Assembly: GCA_005792545.1 (NCBI GenBank)
Contig: SXRM01000386.1
Coordinates: 934 to 64,933 of the forward strand
Origin: Pseudomonadota bacterium
Lineage (GTDB): Bacteria > Myxococcota_A > UBA9042
Reading direction: 5' to 3'
DNA length: 64,000 nucleotides
Positions within the stretch are counted from its first letter, which is position 1. The number at the start of each line of letters is the position of its first letter. This document shows, in pieces, positions 1 through 9,765 of the stretch. The translations under genes and the position numbers were made by a program. The notes beneath the pieces were generated by a model that worked only from the letters and a program-made list of their open reading frames with translations, did not search any database and was not told the DNA's origin.

Positions 1-209
1 CGCCATCGTAGCCGCCTGAGTCCCGCACCCCCGACTCGCGCACGCCAGAGTCGCGGGCACCCGACTCGCGGATGCCGGAATCGCGAATGCCCGAGCTGCG
101 ATACGCGCCATCGACCACGTGCAGGCCCGAGATGAACGGCCCCTCCGACAGGTCGATGTCGTCCATCTGCTCGAGCGGCAACTCACCAGAATCACGCTGA
201 TCGTGCATG
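1..209 (-). CDS. Partial CDS (N-terminal ~69 aa; runs off the window start). Unknown protein with SG-x-R-[DE] pentapeptide tandem repeats (SGIRDSGIRESGARDSGVRESGVRDSG)
   Basis: Manual minus-strand translation from the ATG at 209..207 gives MHDQRDSGELPLEQMDDIDLSEGPFISGLHVVDGAYRSSGIRDSGIRESGARDSGVRESGVRDSGGYDG with no stop before the window edge. The ORF track omits it because it is open-ended. The plus-strand alternative 119..532 looks like high-GC junk. Confidence 0.35.
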
Positions 210-565
210 GTATGCCTGCCGAGGCGGCCACTGCCGCCCACTGGTTTGGAGGTCGATCGGAGAGGCCGAACTGGCCCGCCGCGCACGAACGCGGGGGATC
301 GCGGTCGCGCGGCGTGCACACCGGAGGGCGCAGCAGCACTGGACATGGCACCGGCCATCGCGGCACCAGCCGCAAGCGGCGCCCGGCTGGGGAGCGGACG
401 CGCTCCGTTTTGCCATGCAAGGACCTTGCCAACTGGCCGGGGCGGCGCGCAGTACGTCCAAGCCGACGGAATTGCAAGAACGACCCGTGGCGGCACGCGC
501 ACGGAACCGCGATCTCCGCGTCAATCGGCTGACACGCGCGTCATGGCGGGGTGTGGGGCGACCGT

Positions 566-3319
566 TCAGGGGGCGGCGCCGCTCTCCAGACGCTCAACCC
601 GCCGCAAAAGTTCTGCTGCGGGTTCGCTGCGACCCAGGTGCATCAGGTAGGCCGCATGGCCTTGCAGGCACGCCTCAAGCTCGCGCACTTCTCCAGACTT
701 GGTAAACCATTCTGCGGCTTTGTCCCAGGCTTCGTTGGCGCCGGCCTCGTCGTTGGCATCCCCCAGCACCTCGGCCAGCACTTTGTGGGCAAACGCCCGG
801 GTGCGGACCATGTCGCTGGCGCCCGCCGTGGCGACCGATCGCCGCGCCCACTTCATTGCGCGGGCGGCGTCGCCGCGACCACGCGCCGCGACCGCCAGAT
901 TGCGCGCGGCGTCGGACAACAGGGCGTTGTCGCCGAGCTTGCCCGCACCCTCGACGGCCTGGTACAGCAGCGCTTCGCCCTCGTCCACGCGGCCGAGCAG
1001 GCCCAAGACCTCGCCCAGGTTGTTCTGCAACAGCGCCACCGATCGGCGGTTGCCGACGCGCTGCGCGAGCCCCAGCGCCTCTTGCATCACACCCGCGGCG
1101 ACTTCGTGGTGTCCAGCGTTGATGTGGCAGACGCCGAGCGCATTGAGCGCCTCGGTCAAGCCGAACAGGTTGTTGCGGCTGCGCTGCAGCTCGACCGCGC
1201 GCTCGAGATAGGTCTGGGCCTGCTCCAAGCGCCCCTTGGACAACAGCACGATGCCCAGATTGCACACGGTGAAGGCCTGACCAGCGCGATCGCCCATTTT
1301 TTCGCGGTATTGAGCGGCGCGCTTGAGAAACTGCTGTGCGGGTTCAAGCCGTCCCACGGTCCAATAGGCCCGGCCGATGTCATCGCACGCCGAGGCCAAC
1401 CCTTTGAGATCCTGCGCGGCCTCGTACAACCGCAGCGCCGGCGCCAGGTGGTCGATGGCTGCGACCGCTTTGCCCTGGGTACGAAACATCCGGCCCAAGT
1501 GTTGCAGCGCCCGGGCGCCGCGGGTTCGCGCCCGGAACTTCCAGGCCAGTTCCAACGCATCGCGGTACAGGGCCTCGGCTTGCGCCCACTGGCCGTCGAA
1601 TTCGTGCAGCCGGCCCAGGCCCAGTGCCGCCTCGGCGTGGACGTGGGCCAGGTGCTCGGGCGCCAGTTCGCGCGCTTTCTCGAGCAAAGTGCGCGCGGTG
1701 GCGTTGCGGTACTCATCCATCGCGCGGCTGCCGGCGCGCAGATACAGGTGGGCGGCGTGCACGCGGTCGCCCGCCAGCAGCCACAGCGGCGCCAGAATCT
1801 CCGCCAGATCGCCGGTGCGCTCGTTGGAGACCATCTGCAGCCACACGGCCGCCTGCTGGCTGTAGCGTTGCCGCTGAGTCGGTTCGAGCAATTCGAGCAG
1901 CGACTGCCAGTCGCCCTCATCGACAAAGCGGTGCGGGTTCTCGGTAGGCAGCAGCGCCTGCGGTTCGGCGGCGACCACCCCACGATCCACCAGGAACCGC
2001 ACGGCCTTGGCCACGCGTTCCGGTAGCTTGTCGCGGCCGAGTTCATCGACCGTGCGCGCGCCCTTGCGATCGTGATCGGCCGCCTCGCCGCGCAGCAGCG
2101 CCACCACGCCACCCGACCAGAAGTGGGCGCCAAACACCGCCGCCGCGGTGGCAACCGACATCTGGAAGTCGTCCAGGCCGTCCAAGCGGCCGCCGCGGTC
2201 GGCGAGCAGATCGTGGGCCGGCAACTCGCGCCGCCAAACCTCATCGTCCAGCTGCCACTTGCCATCGCGCGAGGCAATGGCGCCGCGCTTGTGCAGGGCT
2301 TCGATGGCGGCCAGCACCCGGCCCGGCCGGCCGCTGCCCAGTTCAACCAGCGCGTCGATGTGACTCGGGCTGACGCCGGCAACGCCCTCGATCGCACTGA
2401 CTGCAAGCTCGCGCACCACGGTTGGCGCCAGCGGGGACAGCTCCAGGATCGGTCGATCGGCCAGCCAGCTACGCCGCACTGCGCCGCGGCGGTCGGTCGC
2501 GAACACCACCGCCACCGGCAACTCGGGCGCCTGCGCCAGCAGCTTGGCAAACGCGTCCAGGCTTTCGGCATCGGCCTCGCCGGCCTCGTCCACCAGCAAC
2601 AATGTCGGCGGGTCGGCCAGCACCTTGTGCAGCAGGCCAAACAGCGCCTCGTGGGCGCGCTGCGCCTGCTCAGTGCGATCCAAGAAGTCGATGTCGTGGT
2701 CGTTCCAGAAGTGGAAGCCCAGCATCGGCCCACAGGTACGCGCGATCTCCGCGCCGGCGGGGTCGGCGTACAGCGCCTCGACGCTGCGCTCAAAGCGCTC
2801 GCCGGCGATGGTGCCCGCCAGGAACTCGCCGATATCAAAGCGCAGCCGCATCAGCCGCTCGAGCAGCGAATACGCGCGCACGCAGCCCTGAGCGGACACA
2901 GCCAGCACCCGGCAGCCCGGCAGTTCGGCAACGGCGCGATCGCGCACGGCACCGAGCACCGTAGAGCGACCAGAGCCAGCCTCGCCCTGGACGGTCAGCG
3001 CAGCGAGCCGGCGGTCGCGCAGCGCCGACAGCGCGTGATCGGCGACTTGGCGGGCTTCGCGCTCGCGAGCGAACAGCACGAGCTTGCGGTCCGCGGCCGT
3101 TCGCCACGGCAGATCAAAGCCCTGCGGCGTGACAGTGCCGCGCGAGCTGTCGCCCGAGCCCTGCTCCAACAAGTCGGCATCTGCAAAAAACTGGCCGACG
3201 ATGTCGACCGGGCGGTCGCTGCGGGCAATCAGACCCGAGTCGTTGCGCAGGGGCGCGAGGCACACCTCACAGAAGCGAAACGACGAGATGTTTTCGTGGC
3301 CGCAGCGGTGGCAGCGCAT
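566..3319 (-). CDS. STAND/AAA-type NTPase regulator with N-terminal zinc-ribbon (CxxC...CxxC) and C-terminal TPR repeats
   Basis: 917-aa ORF. N-terminus MRCHRCGHEN...FCEVC is a zinc ribbon. A Walker-A-like GEAGSGRST is present. The C-terminal half is TPR-like (ALNALGVCHINAG, LGRAYWTVGRLEPA and similar). Coherent long frame on minus strand. Confidence 0.75.
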   Translation of the reverse strand: MRCHRCGHENISSFRFCEVCLAPLRNDSGLIARSDRPVDIVGQFFADADLLEQGSGDSSRGTVTPQGFDLPWRTAADRKLVLFAREREARQVADHALSALRDRRLAALTVQGEAGSGRSTVLGAVRDRAVAELPGCRVLAVSAQGCVRAYSLLERLMRLRFDIGEFLAGTIAGERFERSVEALYADPAGAEIARTCGPMLGFHFWNDHDIDFLDRTEQAQRAHEALFGLLHKVLADPPTLLLVDEAGEADAESLDAFAKLLAQAPELPVAVVFATDRRGAVRRSWLADRPILELSPLAPTVVRELAVSAIEGVAGVSPSHIDALVELGSGRPGRVLAAIEALHKRGAIASRDGKWQLDDEVWRRELPAHDLLADRGGRLDGLDDFQMSVATAAAVFGAHFWSGGVVALLRGEAADHDRKGARTVDELGRDKLPERVAKAVRFLVDRGVVAAEPQALLPTENPHRFVDEGDWQSLLELLEPTQRQRYSQQAAVWLQMVSNERTGDLAEILAPLWLLAGDRVHAAHLYLRAGSRAMDEYRNATARTLLEKARELAPEHLAHVHAEAALGLGRLHEFDGQWAQAEALYRDALELAWKFRARTRGARALQHLGRMFRTQGKAVAAIDHLAPALRLYEAAQDLKGLASACDDIGRAYWTVGRLEPAQQFLKRAAQYREKMGDRAGQAFTVCNLGIVLLSKGRLEQAQTYLERAVELQRSRNNLFGLTEALNALGVCHINAGHHEVAAGVMQEALGLAQRVGNRRSVALLQNNLGEVLGLLGRVDEGEALLYQAVEGAGKLGDNALLSDAARNLAVAARGRGDAARAMKWARRSVATAGASDMVRTRAFAHKVLAEVLGDANDEAGANEAWDKAAEWFTKSGEVRELEACLQGHAAYLMHLGRSEPAAELLRRVERLESGAAP

Positions 3320-3450
3320 CCAGAGCCTTGGCCGCGCGGGGGAGCGTGCGGCAGTCGCTTGGGGTTGGGCGGGCAGTCGCAGGCCAAAGGGCCTGCCGGG
3401 CGCGGCAATTGTGCGTCACATACGGCCGGCGGCGCAATGCCGGCGCCCCG

Positions 3451-4524
3451 CTACTTGCGCACCTTGACCTTGTTGTCTGGTTTGCCTTTGGCCGACGCCA
3501 GCACCTCAGGCTCTGGCAGCAAGTCGGGTGTCGGGACCGGCTCGGGGATGGCATCTTTGGGCTGGCTCAACGCGCGAACGATGAGCGCGATGCCGGCCAC
3601 CACCAGCGGAATCGACAGCCACTGGCCGGTCGTCAGGTGCACCCCCAACGCCTGCTCAAGCGTGCCCAAAAAGCCATGGCTGCGTAGCTGTTCGTGCTGA
3701 AATTCCTTGAAGTTTTCAAAGATGATCCGCTGGCCGAAATAGCCGACAAAAAACGTGCCTGCGTACAGGCCAGAGCCGGCGCGGCGGATGTCGGCACGTT
3801 GCAGCAAGAGCAGGATGAGAAACGTGATGCAGCCGTAACTAAATTCGTACAGCTGGCTGGGGTGGCGCGGCAGGCATTGCGCGGCAGAAATGTGTTCGAT
3901 GTTGCAGTAGCGCAAGAACTTGACGCCCCACGGCATGTCGGTGACGCGGCCGACGATCTCGCTATTGAAGAAGTTGCCGATGCGCACGCCACCGGCGGCG
4001 ATCGCGATGGCCGGCGCCAGATAGTCGCCCAGGCGAAACCACGTCTTGCCGTGCTTGCGGGCGAACAGCCACAGCGCCACGATGAGGCCGACTGTCGCCC
4101 CGTGCGAAGCGAGGCCACCGCGCCAGAACTTCAAAAAGTCCAGCCATGCCGAGATTTTGTCCCAGAACAGCGGCAGTTGTTCCCACACGCCGTTTTGCAT
4201 GCCGTCGCGGGTCCACGGCATGAAGTACTCGCGCGGCTCGTAGAACAGCACGTGGCCCAGCCGCGAGCCGCCGACGATCGCGATGACGCCCCACCACAAG
4301 AACTGCTCGGCAAAATCGTGGGTTTCGCCGTTGCGCAGGGCCTGGCGCCGCCACACCGCAAACCCGGTGTAGATGGTCAGCGCGAACATCACGCCGTAGT
4401 AGCGGATTTGCAGGGGCCCCAGGTTGACCAGGATCGGGTCCAAGTTCCAGGTGATGGCGGCGAGCATGGCGATCCTTGCGGCCCGGCGGGCGCGCCAAGG
4501 TAGCGGGCCGACCGGCGCGGTCAA
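3451..4524 (-). CDS. lgt: Prolipoprotein diacylglyceryl transferase (Lgt), with a Pro/Lys-rich C-terminal extension
   Basis: Lgt signature regions are present: IDPILVNLGPLQIRYYG, GGLASHGA, HPSQLYE. True start is probably the internal Met at 4467 (MLAAITWNLDP...). The C-terminal ~50 aa (PEPVPTPDLLPEPEV...KGKPDNKVKVRK) extends beyond typical Lgt length. Confidence 0.85.
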   Translation of the reverse strand: MTAPVGPLPWRARRAARIAMLAAITWNLDPILVNLGPLQIRYYGVMFALTIYTGFAVWRRQALRNGETHDFAEQFLWWGVIAIVGGSRLGHVLFYEPREYFMPWTRDGMQNGVWEQLPLFWDKISAWLDFLKFWRGGLASHGATVGLIVALWLFARKHGKTWFRLGDYLAPAIAIAAGGVRIGNFFNSEIVGRVTDMPWGVKFLRYCNIEHISAAQCLPRHPSQLYEFSYGCITFLILLLLQRADIRRAGSGLYAGTFFVGYFGQRIIFENFKEFQHEQLRSHGFLGTLEQALGVHLTTGQWLSIPLVVAGIALIVRALSQPKDAIPEPVPTPDLLPEPEVLASAKGKPDNKVKVRK

Positions 4525-4542
4525 GCACTCGGGCTGGTGCCG

Positions 4543-7155
4543 TTAGAATTCTCCGCGCAATCCAAGGCTTGGAATGATTGGCAGGCCGGTCTGGTACTGG
4601 CTGGCGGTCGCGTCGTAGTTGTACTGGATGCCTTCGGGATTGCCGTGGTTGTAGACATTTTGGATGTCGAGGTACACGTTGAACAGCCAGTCTTCGAACA
4701 CGAATTTCTTGTCCACCCGCAAGTCGAGCTGGTGGAACGCTGGCAGCCGCTCGGTGAACAGCTCGGCTGACTGCACCCGCGTGTAGGTGTCGGTAGCTTC
4801 GTTGTACACGGCCGTCGACAGGGGCGTCATCGGGTTGCCGGTGACGAAACGAAAGCGTGCGCCGACCTCCCAGTTGTCGGGCAGTTTGTAGCTGCCGAGC
4901 ATGGTCAGGATGTGGGTCTGATCCCAGCCGAACGGCCGCTCTGGCAGGTGCGGTTCGTCGCGGCGCAGCGCTTGTTGCAGGGTGTAGGCGATCCAGCCAA
5001 AGAAGCGGCCGACGGGCTTGTGGCGCAACAGCACCTCGGCGCCCAGGATCCTGCCGGTGCCGGAATTGATGGGCGGCTCGGGTATCACGCTCTTGGGGTA
5101 GACTACGAGGCTGCTCAGGTCTTTGCGAAACAGTTGGACATCGACGTCCACGGCGTCGCTGATCTTGTATTCGGCGCCGCCTGCCACCTCGAAGCTCTGC
5201 GACGGCAGCAGGTCGGGGTTGCCGAACCGCGCACCGACTTCGTTGGGCTGCGGCCGCTGCACTCGTTGGCCAGCGGCGAACTTTAGGGTCCAAGTCTGGT
5301 CAGCGGCCCAGCGCAAATTGAAGCGAGGCGTCAACGCTTCGCCGCCCGAGGCGCCGCGAAACAGATCCAGGCGCATGCCGGGCACCACTTCAAGATCTGG
5401 GCGCAGGTTGAACACCGCGTCGAAGTAGGCTGCCGGCGAGATGAACACCCCCGACTGCCGCACTTGTAGCCGCCGGGTCGGCACGCCGGCGCCGCCACCG
5501 CCAAAAGTGCCGCGCTCGCCAGTCGTCTGTACCGGCGGAGCATAGATATCCACGCCAAACGGGTTGCAGAAGATGTCCAGGCCCGGCCGCAGCTGTAGCG
5601 GTCCTTTGCCGAACGTGAAGTCCTGGCGCAGCGTGTATTCGCGGTTGGTGCCCTCGGCCCGAAACAGGTCGCCAAACGCCGCGTCGAGCACGCCGTAGGT
5701 GGCGCCGAGCGTGGTGTTGGAGGTCCAGTCGTCGCCGCTGTGGCGCAAGATCCCGATCAACGTGTGGAAACTGGTGCGGCTGGACAATTCGCCGCGCGCT
5801 TGCGGGAAGGCCGTCGGCGGGTTCTTGAGCACGGCCGTCAGCGCGTCGTCCGAGCCGAACCAGAACCACGACATCGAAGTGCGGTCGCTAAAGCGATGAT
5901 CGAGCTTGAGCTGGTAGTCCCAGTAGCGCGGCGCCAGGGTCAGCGGCAGTTGCTTGGCGATGATGTCCAAGCTCAAGAACGCGTCGATGTACGACCGGCG
6001 AGCGGCCGCGGCGATCGTGGTGTTCTCGCCGAGCGGCCCCTGGACCAGAAAGCCGGTGTGGTAGACGTTGCTTTCCAGGTAGCCGTGCCAGCGCTCCTGC
6101 TTCTTGGGCAGCGCCAGCCGGGCGTTGAGCAAGCCACCGGTCTGGCGGCCGAAGCGCGCGCCGAAGCCACCTGGATAGAAGTCGATGGTCTCGAGCAGGT
6201 CGGTGTTGATGATCGAGTACACGCCGCCAAAGTGGTAGATGAGCGGCACGCGCACGCCTTCGACGGCGATCAAGGTGTCGAGCGGCGCCGATCCGCGGAC
6301 CACCAAAAAGCCCGATCCGCCGGTGCCGCGCGCGACGCCGGGCAGGTTCTGCACGACCTTGAAGGCGTCGCCCTGCACGCCGGGGATGCGCTGGATTTCC
6401 TCGGCCCCCAGGCTGCGGCGCGCCATCTGACCGGCCTCGGGCGGGGCGACTGCGCTGGCGCGATAGACCGTGTAGCTCAGGCGCTCGGCGCGCAGCCGGA
6501 CCGTGGCGGTCTTGCCGTCGGCGATCTGCACGGTCTGGCGCAGTGGCTTGTGGTCGGTGCCGGGCAGGTACACTTCGGCGGCGCCTGCGCGCAGCAGCCC
6601 GAACCGAAAGCGACCGTCGGCGTCCGTGAGCACTTCGGCACCCTGGGCGGCGATGGTCACGGTGGCGCCGATAACTGGCCTGCCTGTGCCTTTCTCGATG
6701 ACCTGGCCGTCCAGGCTAGAAAAGCCGGCGGGGGCGCGCTCGATGTCGCGGCGCTCAAAGCGGCTCTGGCCCGGTGCGCTGTCGCGGCGGTAGGCAGCCA
6801 ACCGCGCGCCAAACTTGAAGCGCCAGGTGATCCGCACGGCAACCGGCTTTCCTGCCTGCTGCGCCGGAGAAAAGGTCATCTTTTTAGCGGCTTGGACTGC
6901 TGCGTCGTCGAACTCTGGACCCGCGGACTGGGCAACCTTGACCGCCTTGACCTTGCCAGTGGCGTCGATGTCGATCTCGACCACCACCGTGCCGCCGACG
7001 CCCTTGTCCTCCATAGCGGCGGGGTAGGTCGGCTCAACCACCAGGATCGGCTCCGGAGGCACCAGCGCCGCCGGTTCGACTTGCGCAAACGCCAGCGCTG
7101 GCGCGACCACCAGGGCAACAAGGCCCGCCAGCAGCCTACGCACCGGTCGATCCAA
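4543..7155 (-). CDS. TonB-dependent receptor-like outer-membrane beta-barrel protein with N-terminal TonB-C-like domain and carboxypeptidase-regulatory-like domain
   Basis: Signal peptide is [25 protein letters not shown]. Residues ~30-120 resemble a TonB C-terminal domain ([59 protein letters not shown]). Then a CarboxypepD_reg-like region, plug-like and beta-barrel sequence, ending in a C-terminal Phe (GLRGEF), typical of OM barrels. Confidence 0.7.
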   Translation of the reverse strand: MDRPVRRLLAGLVALVVAPALAFAQVEPAALVPPEPILVVEPTYPAAMEDKGVGGTVVVEIDIDATGKVKAVKVAQSAGPEFDDAAVQAAKKMTFSPAQQAGKPVAVRITWRFKFGARLAAYRRDSAPGQSRFERRDIERAPAGFSSLDGQVIEKGTGRPVIGATVTIAAQGAEVLTDADGRFRFGLLRAGAAEVYLPGTDHKPLRQTVQIADGKTATVRLRAERLSYTVYRASAVAPPEAGQMARRSLGAEEIQRIPGVQGDAFKVVQNLPGVARGTGGSGFLVVRGSAPLDTLIAVEGVRVPLIYHFGGVYSIINTDLLETIDFYPGGFGARFGRQTGGLLNARLALPKKQERWHGYLESNVYHTGFLVQGPLGENTTIAAAARRSYIDAFLSLDIIAKQLPLTLAPRYWDYQLKLDHRFSDRTSMSWFWFGSDDALTAVLKNPPTAFPQARGELSSRTSFHTLIGILRHSGDDWTSNTTLGATYGVLDAAFGDLFRAEGTNREYTLRQDFTFGKGPLQLRPGLDIFCNPFGVDIYAPPVQTTGERGTFGGGGAGVPTRRLQVRQSGVFISPAAYFDAVFNLRPDLEVVPGMRLDLFRGASGGEALTPRFNLRWAADQTWTLKFAAGQRVQRPQPNEVGARFGNPDLLPSQSFEVAGGAEYKISDAVDVDVQLFRKDLSSLVVYPKSVIPEPPINSGTGRILGAEVLLRHKPVGRFFGWIAYTLQQALRRDEPHLPERPFGWDQTHILTMLGSYKLPDNWEVGARFRFVTGNPMTPLSTAVYNEATDTYTRVQSAELFTERLPAFHQLDLRVDKKFVFEDWLFNVYLDIQNVYNHGNPEGIQYNYDATASQYQTGLPIIPSLGLRGEF

Positions 7156-7594
7156 AACCGCCGGCGCCGCGCACCGAGGATTGCAATTGGTCCGTCAGCG
7201 CAAACGTGGCCCGCTGGACAGGCGCTAGCACTAGCTGGGCAATGCGATCACCGCGGCGCACAGTCGCGGGTTCGGCGCCGAGGTTGACCAGCAACACCAT
7301 CACCTCACCGCGGTAGTCGGCGTCGATGGTGCCCGGGGCGTTGAGCACCGTGAGCCCTTGGTTCCAAGCGAGGCCCGAGCGCGGCCGCACTTGCACTTCA
7401 AAACCACTGGGGATGTGCAAGCGCAGGCCCGTAGGCACGCGGGCACGGCCGAGCGGGGGCATGATCAGCGGTTCTTCTAGCGCGGCGTAGACGTCGGCCC
7501 CTGCGGCGTCGGCCGTCGCGTAGGCGGGTAGCGGCAGGTCGCGGTCGCGGTCGGCATCGACACGCTGGACGGCAATGGGCGGGTGGTCTGGCAC
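7136..7594 (-). CDS. dut: dUTP diphosphatase (dUTPase)
   Basis: Conserved dUTPase motifs: [50 protein letters not shown]. It overlaps the downstream gene start (7155) by 20 nt. Confidence 0.9.
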   Translation of the reverse strand: MPDHPPIAVQRVDADRDRDLPLPAYATADAAGADVYAALEEPLIMPPLGRARVPTGLRLHIPSGFEVQVRPRSGLAWNQGLTVLNAPGTIDADYRGEVMVLLVNLGAEPATVRRGDRIAQLVLAPVQRATFALTDQLQSSVRGAGGFGSTGA

Positions 7595-8230
7595 GGCGAT
7601 CCCGGCGCCCGGCAGCGGCGCGGGCCAACATTAGGCGGCAAAGGCCGCGGGTGCAATGGCTCGGTTTGCGGACGCGCCGCTGCCGAAAACCCCTGCGGCA
7701 GTCCGCGGACTCGGCCAGCGATGCAGCGCGCCGGTGAAGTTTCAGCTATCGAAGTGGACGGCAAAGCCCGCGTGCAGTGCGATATGAACCGGTGGCCTGC
7801 TCGAATCTATGACAGCGAGCGGGTTTTGGCCGCCCGGCTGTGCCGGGCTTCGCGTGGGACCGAAGGCCACCGCGACGTTCGAGAAGTCTGCAAGCTGACT
7901 CTGCTGCAGGAACTTGGGTGCATCACTGATAAGCGCTAGAAAGCTCTGTCTATCAGCCCAGCAGGGGCCTCTTGACCATCGCGGGGGAAGGCAGTCCCAG
8001 GCCCAGTGCGTCCACCGGGACGGCTGCGGACGCTGTGCAGCGAAGTTAGAGACCTGTCCCGGGACTGGTGGGCCTCGAGATCCGATCACACTCGTCGGCG
8101 GGCTGCAGCTTGACAGCGCGGCTGACCGCGCCAAATATCCACGGCGGAAGCGCAGCCCCTGCCCTGCCGCGTCGTCGCCCGTCCCTTGTAGCGCCCTGAA
8201 TAACGCTCCGGGCGCCGTCAGAGTCAGCCC

Positions 8231-9760
8231 GTGCCATCACCCGGCATTGCAGTCAAGGCCAATCAGCGTTGGTGCGCCATTGAGCCGTGTGGGCGAGTTC
8301 TGATCGTCGCTAGCGTCCTGCATTGCGTTGCGATGGCGGTCACCTGGCCCGATGCCATCACCAACACCGACGAACTGAGCTACGTCGCGGCCGCCACCGA
8401 CTACGCGCAAGGCAGGAGCACCGGCGTCGCGATCGATCCGACGACACTCCTGCCCTACGACCGGATCAACAGCCTTTACCCTGCTGGAACCTCATTGGCA
8501 CAGGCGCCCTGGGTTGCGGTCTTCGGCTGGCGCGGCGCCTACGTGGTGCCGCTGGCAGGGTTCCTGGGTGCCCTCTGGGCCATGTACGCGCTACTGCGGT
8601 CGGTCGGTCTCAATCCGTGGTTTGCGCTGGTACTGCCAGCGTTCCCCGCCACCACCGTACTTGCGCGCTGTGCAACCAGCGACTCCTGGAACCTTTTTCT
8701 GGTCACTGTCGCGCTCGCAATGTTTGCCCATGGGGTCAATGGGCCAAAATGGCGGTGGTCGCTCTCCGGATTCGCGGCGGGCCTAGTGTTGGCAACCCGC
8801 GAAGCGTCGGTACTTGTGCTGGCGCCCATCATGCTGGTTGCGGTGGTGCGCCGCGAGCCGGGCTGGTGGGCGCTGGTCGCTGGCGGCGCCCTCGGCGCCG
8901 GCGTGCGACTGGTCTCCGCATGGATCATTTTTGACAATCCGCTGTTTCGGCACCCCGGTTATGGCGTGTTTACGTTGCACTGGCTGTTGCGCAACTTTCC
9001 GTTCTACTTGGGTATCACCCTGGTGTTGATTCCAGCCGGCCTCGTTGCGCTGGTGCGCTACCGCGGGTGGCGCTGGCGCGAGTTGACGATCGGCGCGGCG
9101 GCGCTGCTGTTATTGCATGCGGCTTACCAGTACGGTGCGGGCGAATCCGGCGGACCCAACGCGGTGGTGATCGGCGGACGCTATGTCATGCCCGCCCTGC
9201 CCGTGTTCGCGTTGGCCTTGGCTTGGCTGGTGCGTCCGCAAGAGGCGGGCGCGGCGACTGGCTTGGCCGGGCGGTGGCAGCGCTGGCGCGAAATCGTGGA
9301 CCGCCGCGTGCCTGCCGTGTTTACGGTGGTTGCGCTGGCGACAGTTGCCATTCACCCGCTGTCCTGGTGGTGGAGCCGCGCCCACGCCGGGCTTGCGGCG
9401 GACATCTGCACCCACGTGCCACCAGGCGCCCGCGCCATCGTCAGTGGTCCGACGCTCGTCAAGGCGCTCGGCCCGTGGCATTGCCAGCGCGCTTGGGTGC
9501 CGGCCGGGCAACCGAGCGCACAACAAGCGAACAAGTGGGCAACAGAGAGCACGCCGCTGTACGTGGTCAACGGTGTGCGCGCCGACAGCGCAGCCTACCG
9601 CGCCGGCAGTGCCGCGTTTGTGCAATGGCTCGACGCGCGCATTGCCCCCGAGCGGCGTCAGGTGGTGTATCGGGCCAGTCGCGGCGTGGTGCAACTGGAA
9701 ATCTCACGGATTTTGCCGCCGCGCCCGTCCGCGCCGCCAGACGCGCCGCGGCGGCCCTGA
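8231..9760 (+). CDS. GT-C fold membrane glycosyltransferase (PMT/ArnT-like, GT39/GT83-type); multi-pass membrane protein
   Basis: Highly hydrophobic 509-aa protein with many predicted TM helices. It resembles dolichyl/undecaprenyl-phosphate-sugar dependent 4-amino-arabinose/mannosyl transferases. Start may be the internal Met (MAVTWPD...). It is convergent with the minus-strand sugar-modification operon. Confidence 0.6.
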   Translation: MPSPGIAVKANQRWCAIEPCGRVLIVASVLHCVAMAVTWPDAITNTDELSYVAAATDYAQGRSTGVAIDPTTLLPYDRINSLYPAGTSLAQAPWVAVFGWRGAYVVPLAGFLGALWAMYALLRSVGLNPWFALVLPAFPATTVLARCATSDSWNLFLVTVALAMFAHGVNGPKWRWSLSGFAAGLVLATREASVLVLAPIMLVAVVRREPGWWALVAGGALGAGVRLVSAWIIFDNPLFRHPGYGVFTLHWLLRNFPFYLGITLVLIPAGLVALVRYRGWRWRELTIGAAALLLLHAAYQYGAGESGGPNAVVIGGRYVMPALPVFALALAWLVRPQEAGAATGLAGRWQRWREIVDRRVPAVFTVVALATVAIHPLSWWWSRAHAGLAADICTHVPPGARAIVSGPTLVKALGPWHCQRAWVPAGQPSAQQANKWATESTPLYVVNGVRADSAAYRAGSAAFVQWLDARIAPERRQVVYRASRGVVQLEISRILPPRPSAPPDAPRRP

Positions 9761-9765
9761 CCTCG

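Noticed and set aside
551-2026. 491-aa plus-strand ORF antisense to the STAND gene
   Set aside because: Antisense to a well-supported gene. Composition is Ala/Gly/Arg/Val-rich low complexity.
1156-2838. 560-aa ORF on the minus strand in a second frame inside the STAND/TPR gene
   Set aside because: Extreme Arg/Ala/Pro/Trp/Cys composition with no motifs. This is typical of an off-frame read-through in 70% GC DNA. The alternative frame 566-3319 has coherent Walker A, TPR and zinc-ribbon features.
5740-7287. 515-aa plus-strand ORF antisense to the TonB-dependent receptor-like gene and dut
   Set aside because: It overlaps two motif-supported minus-strand genes. Gly/Arg/Ala-rich junk composition.
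7583-7939. 118-aa plus-strand ORF in the dut / GT-C intergenic region
   Set aside because: Arg/Gly/Cys-rich N-terminus. Only the last ~40 aa look protein-like, and they coincide with the lower-GC island. More likely a non-coding regulatory region.
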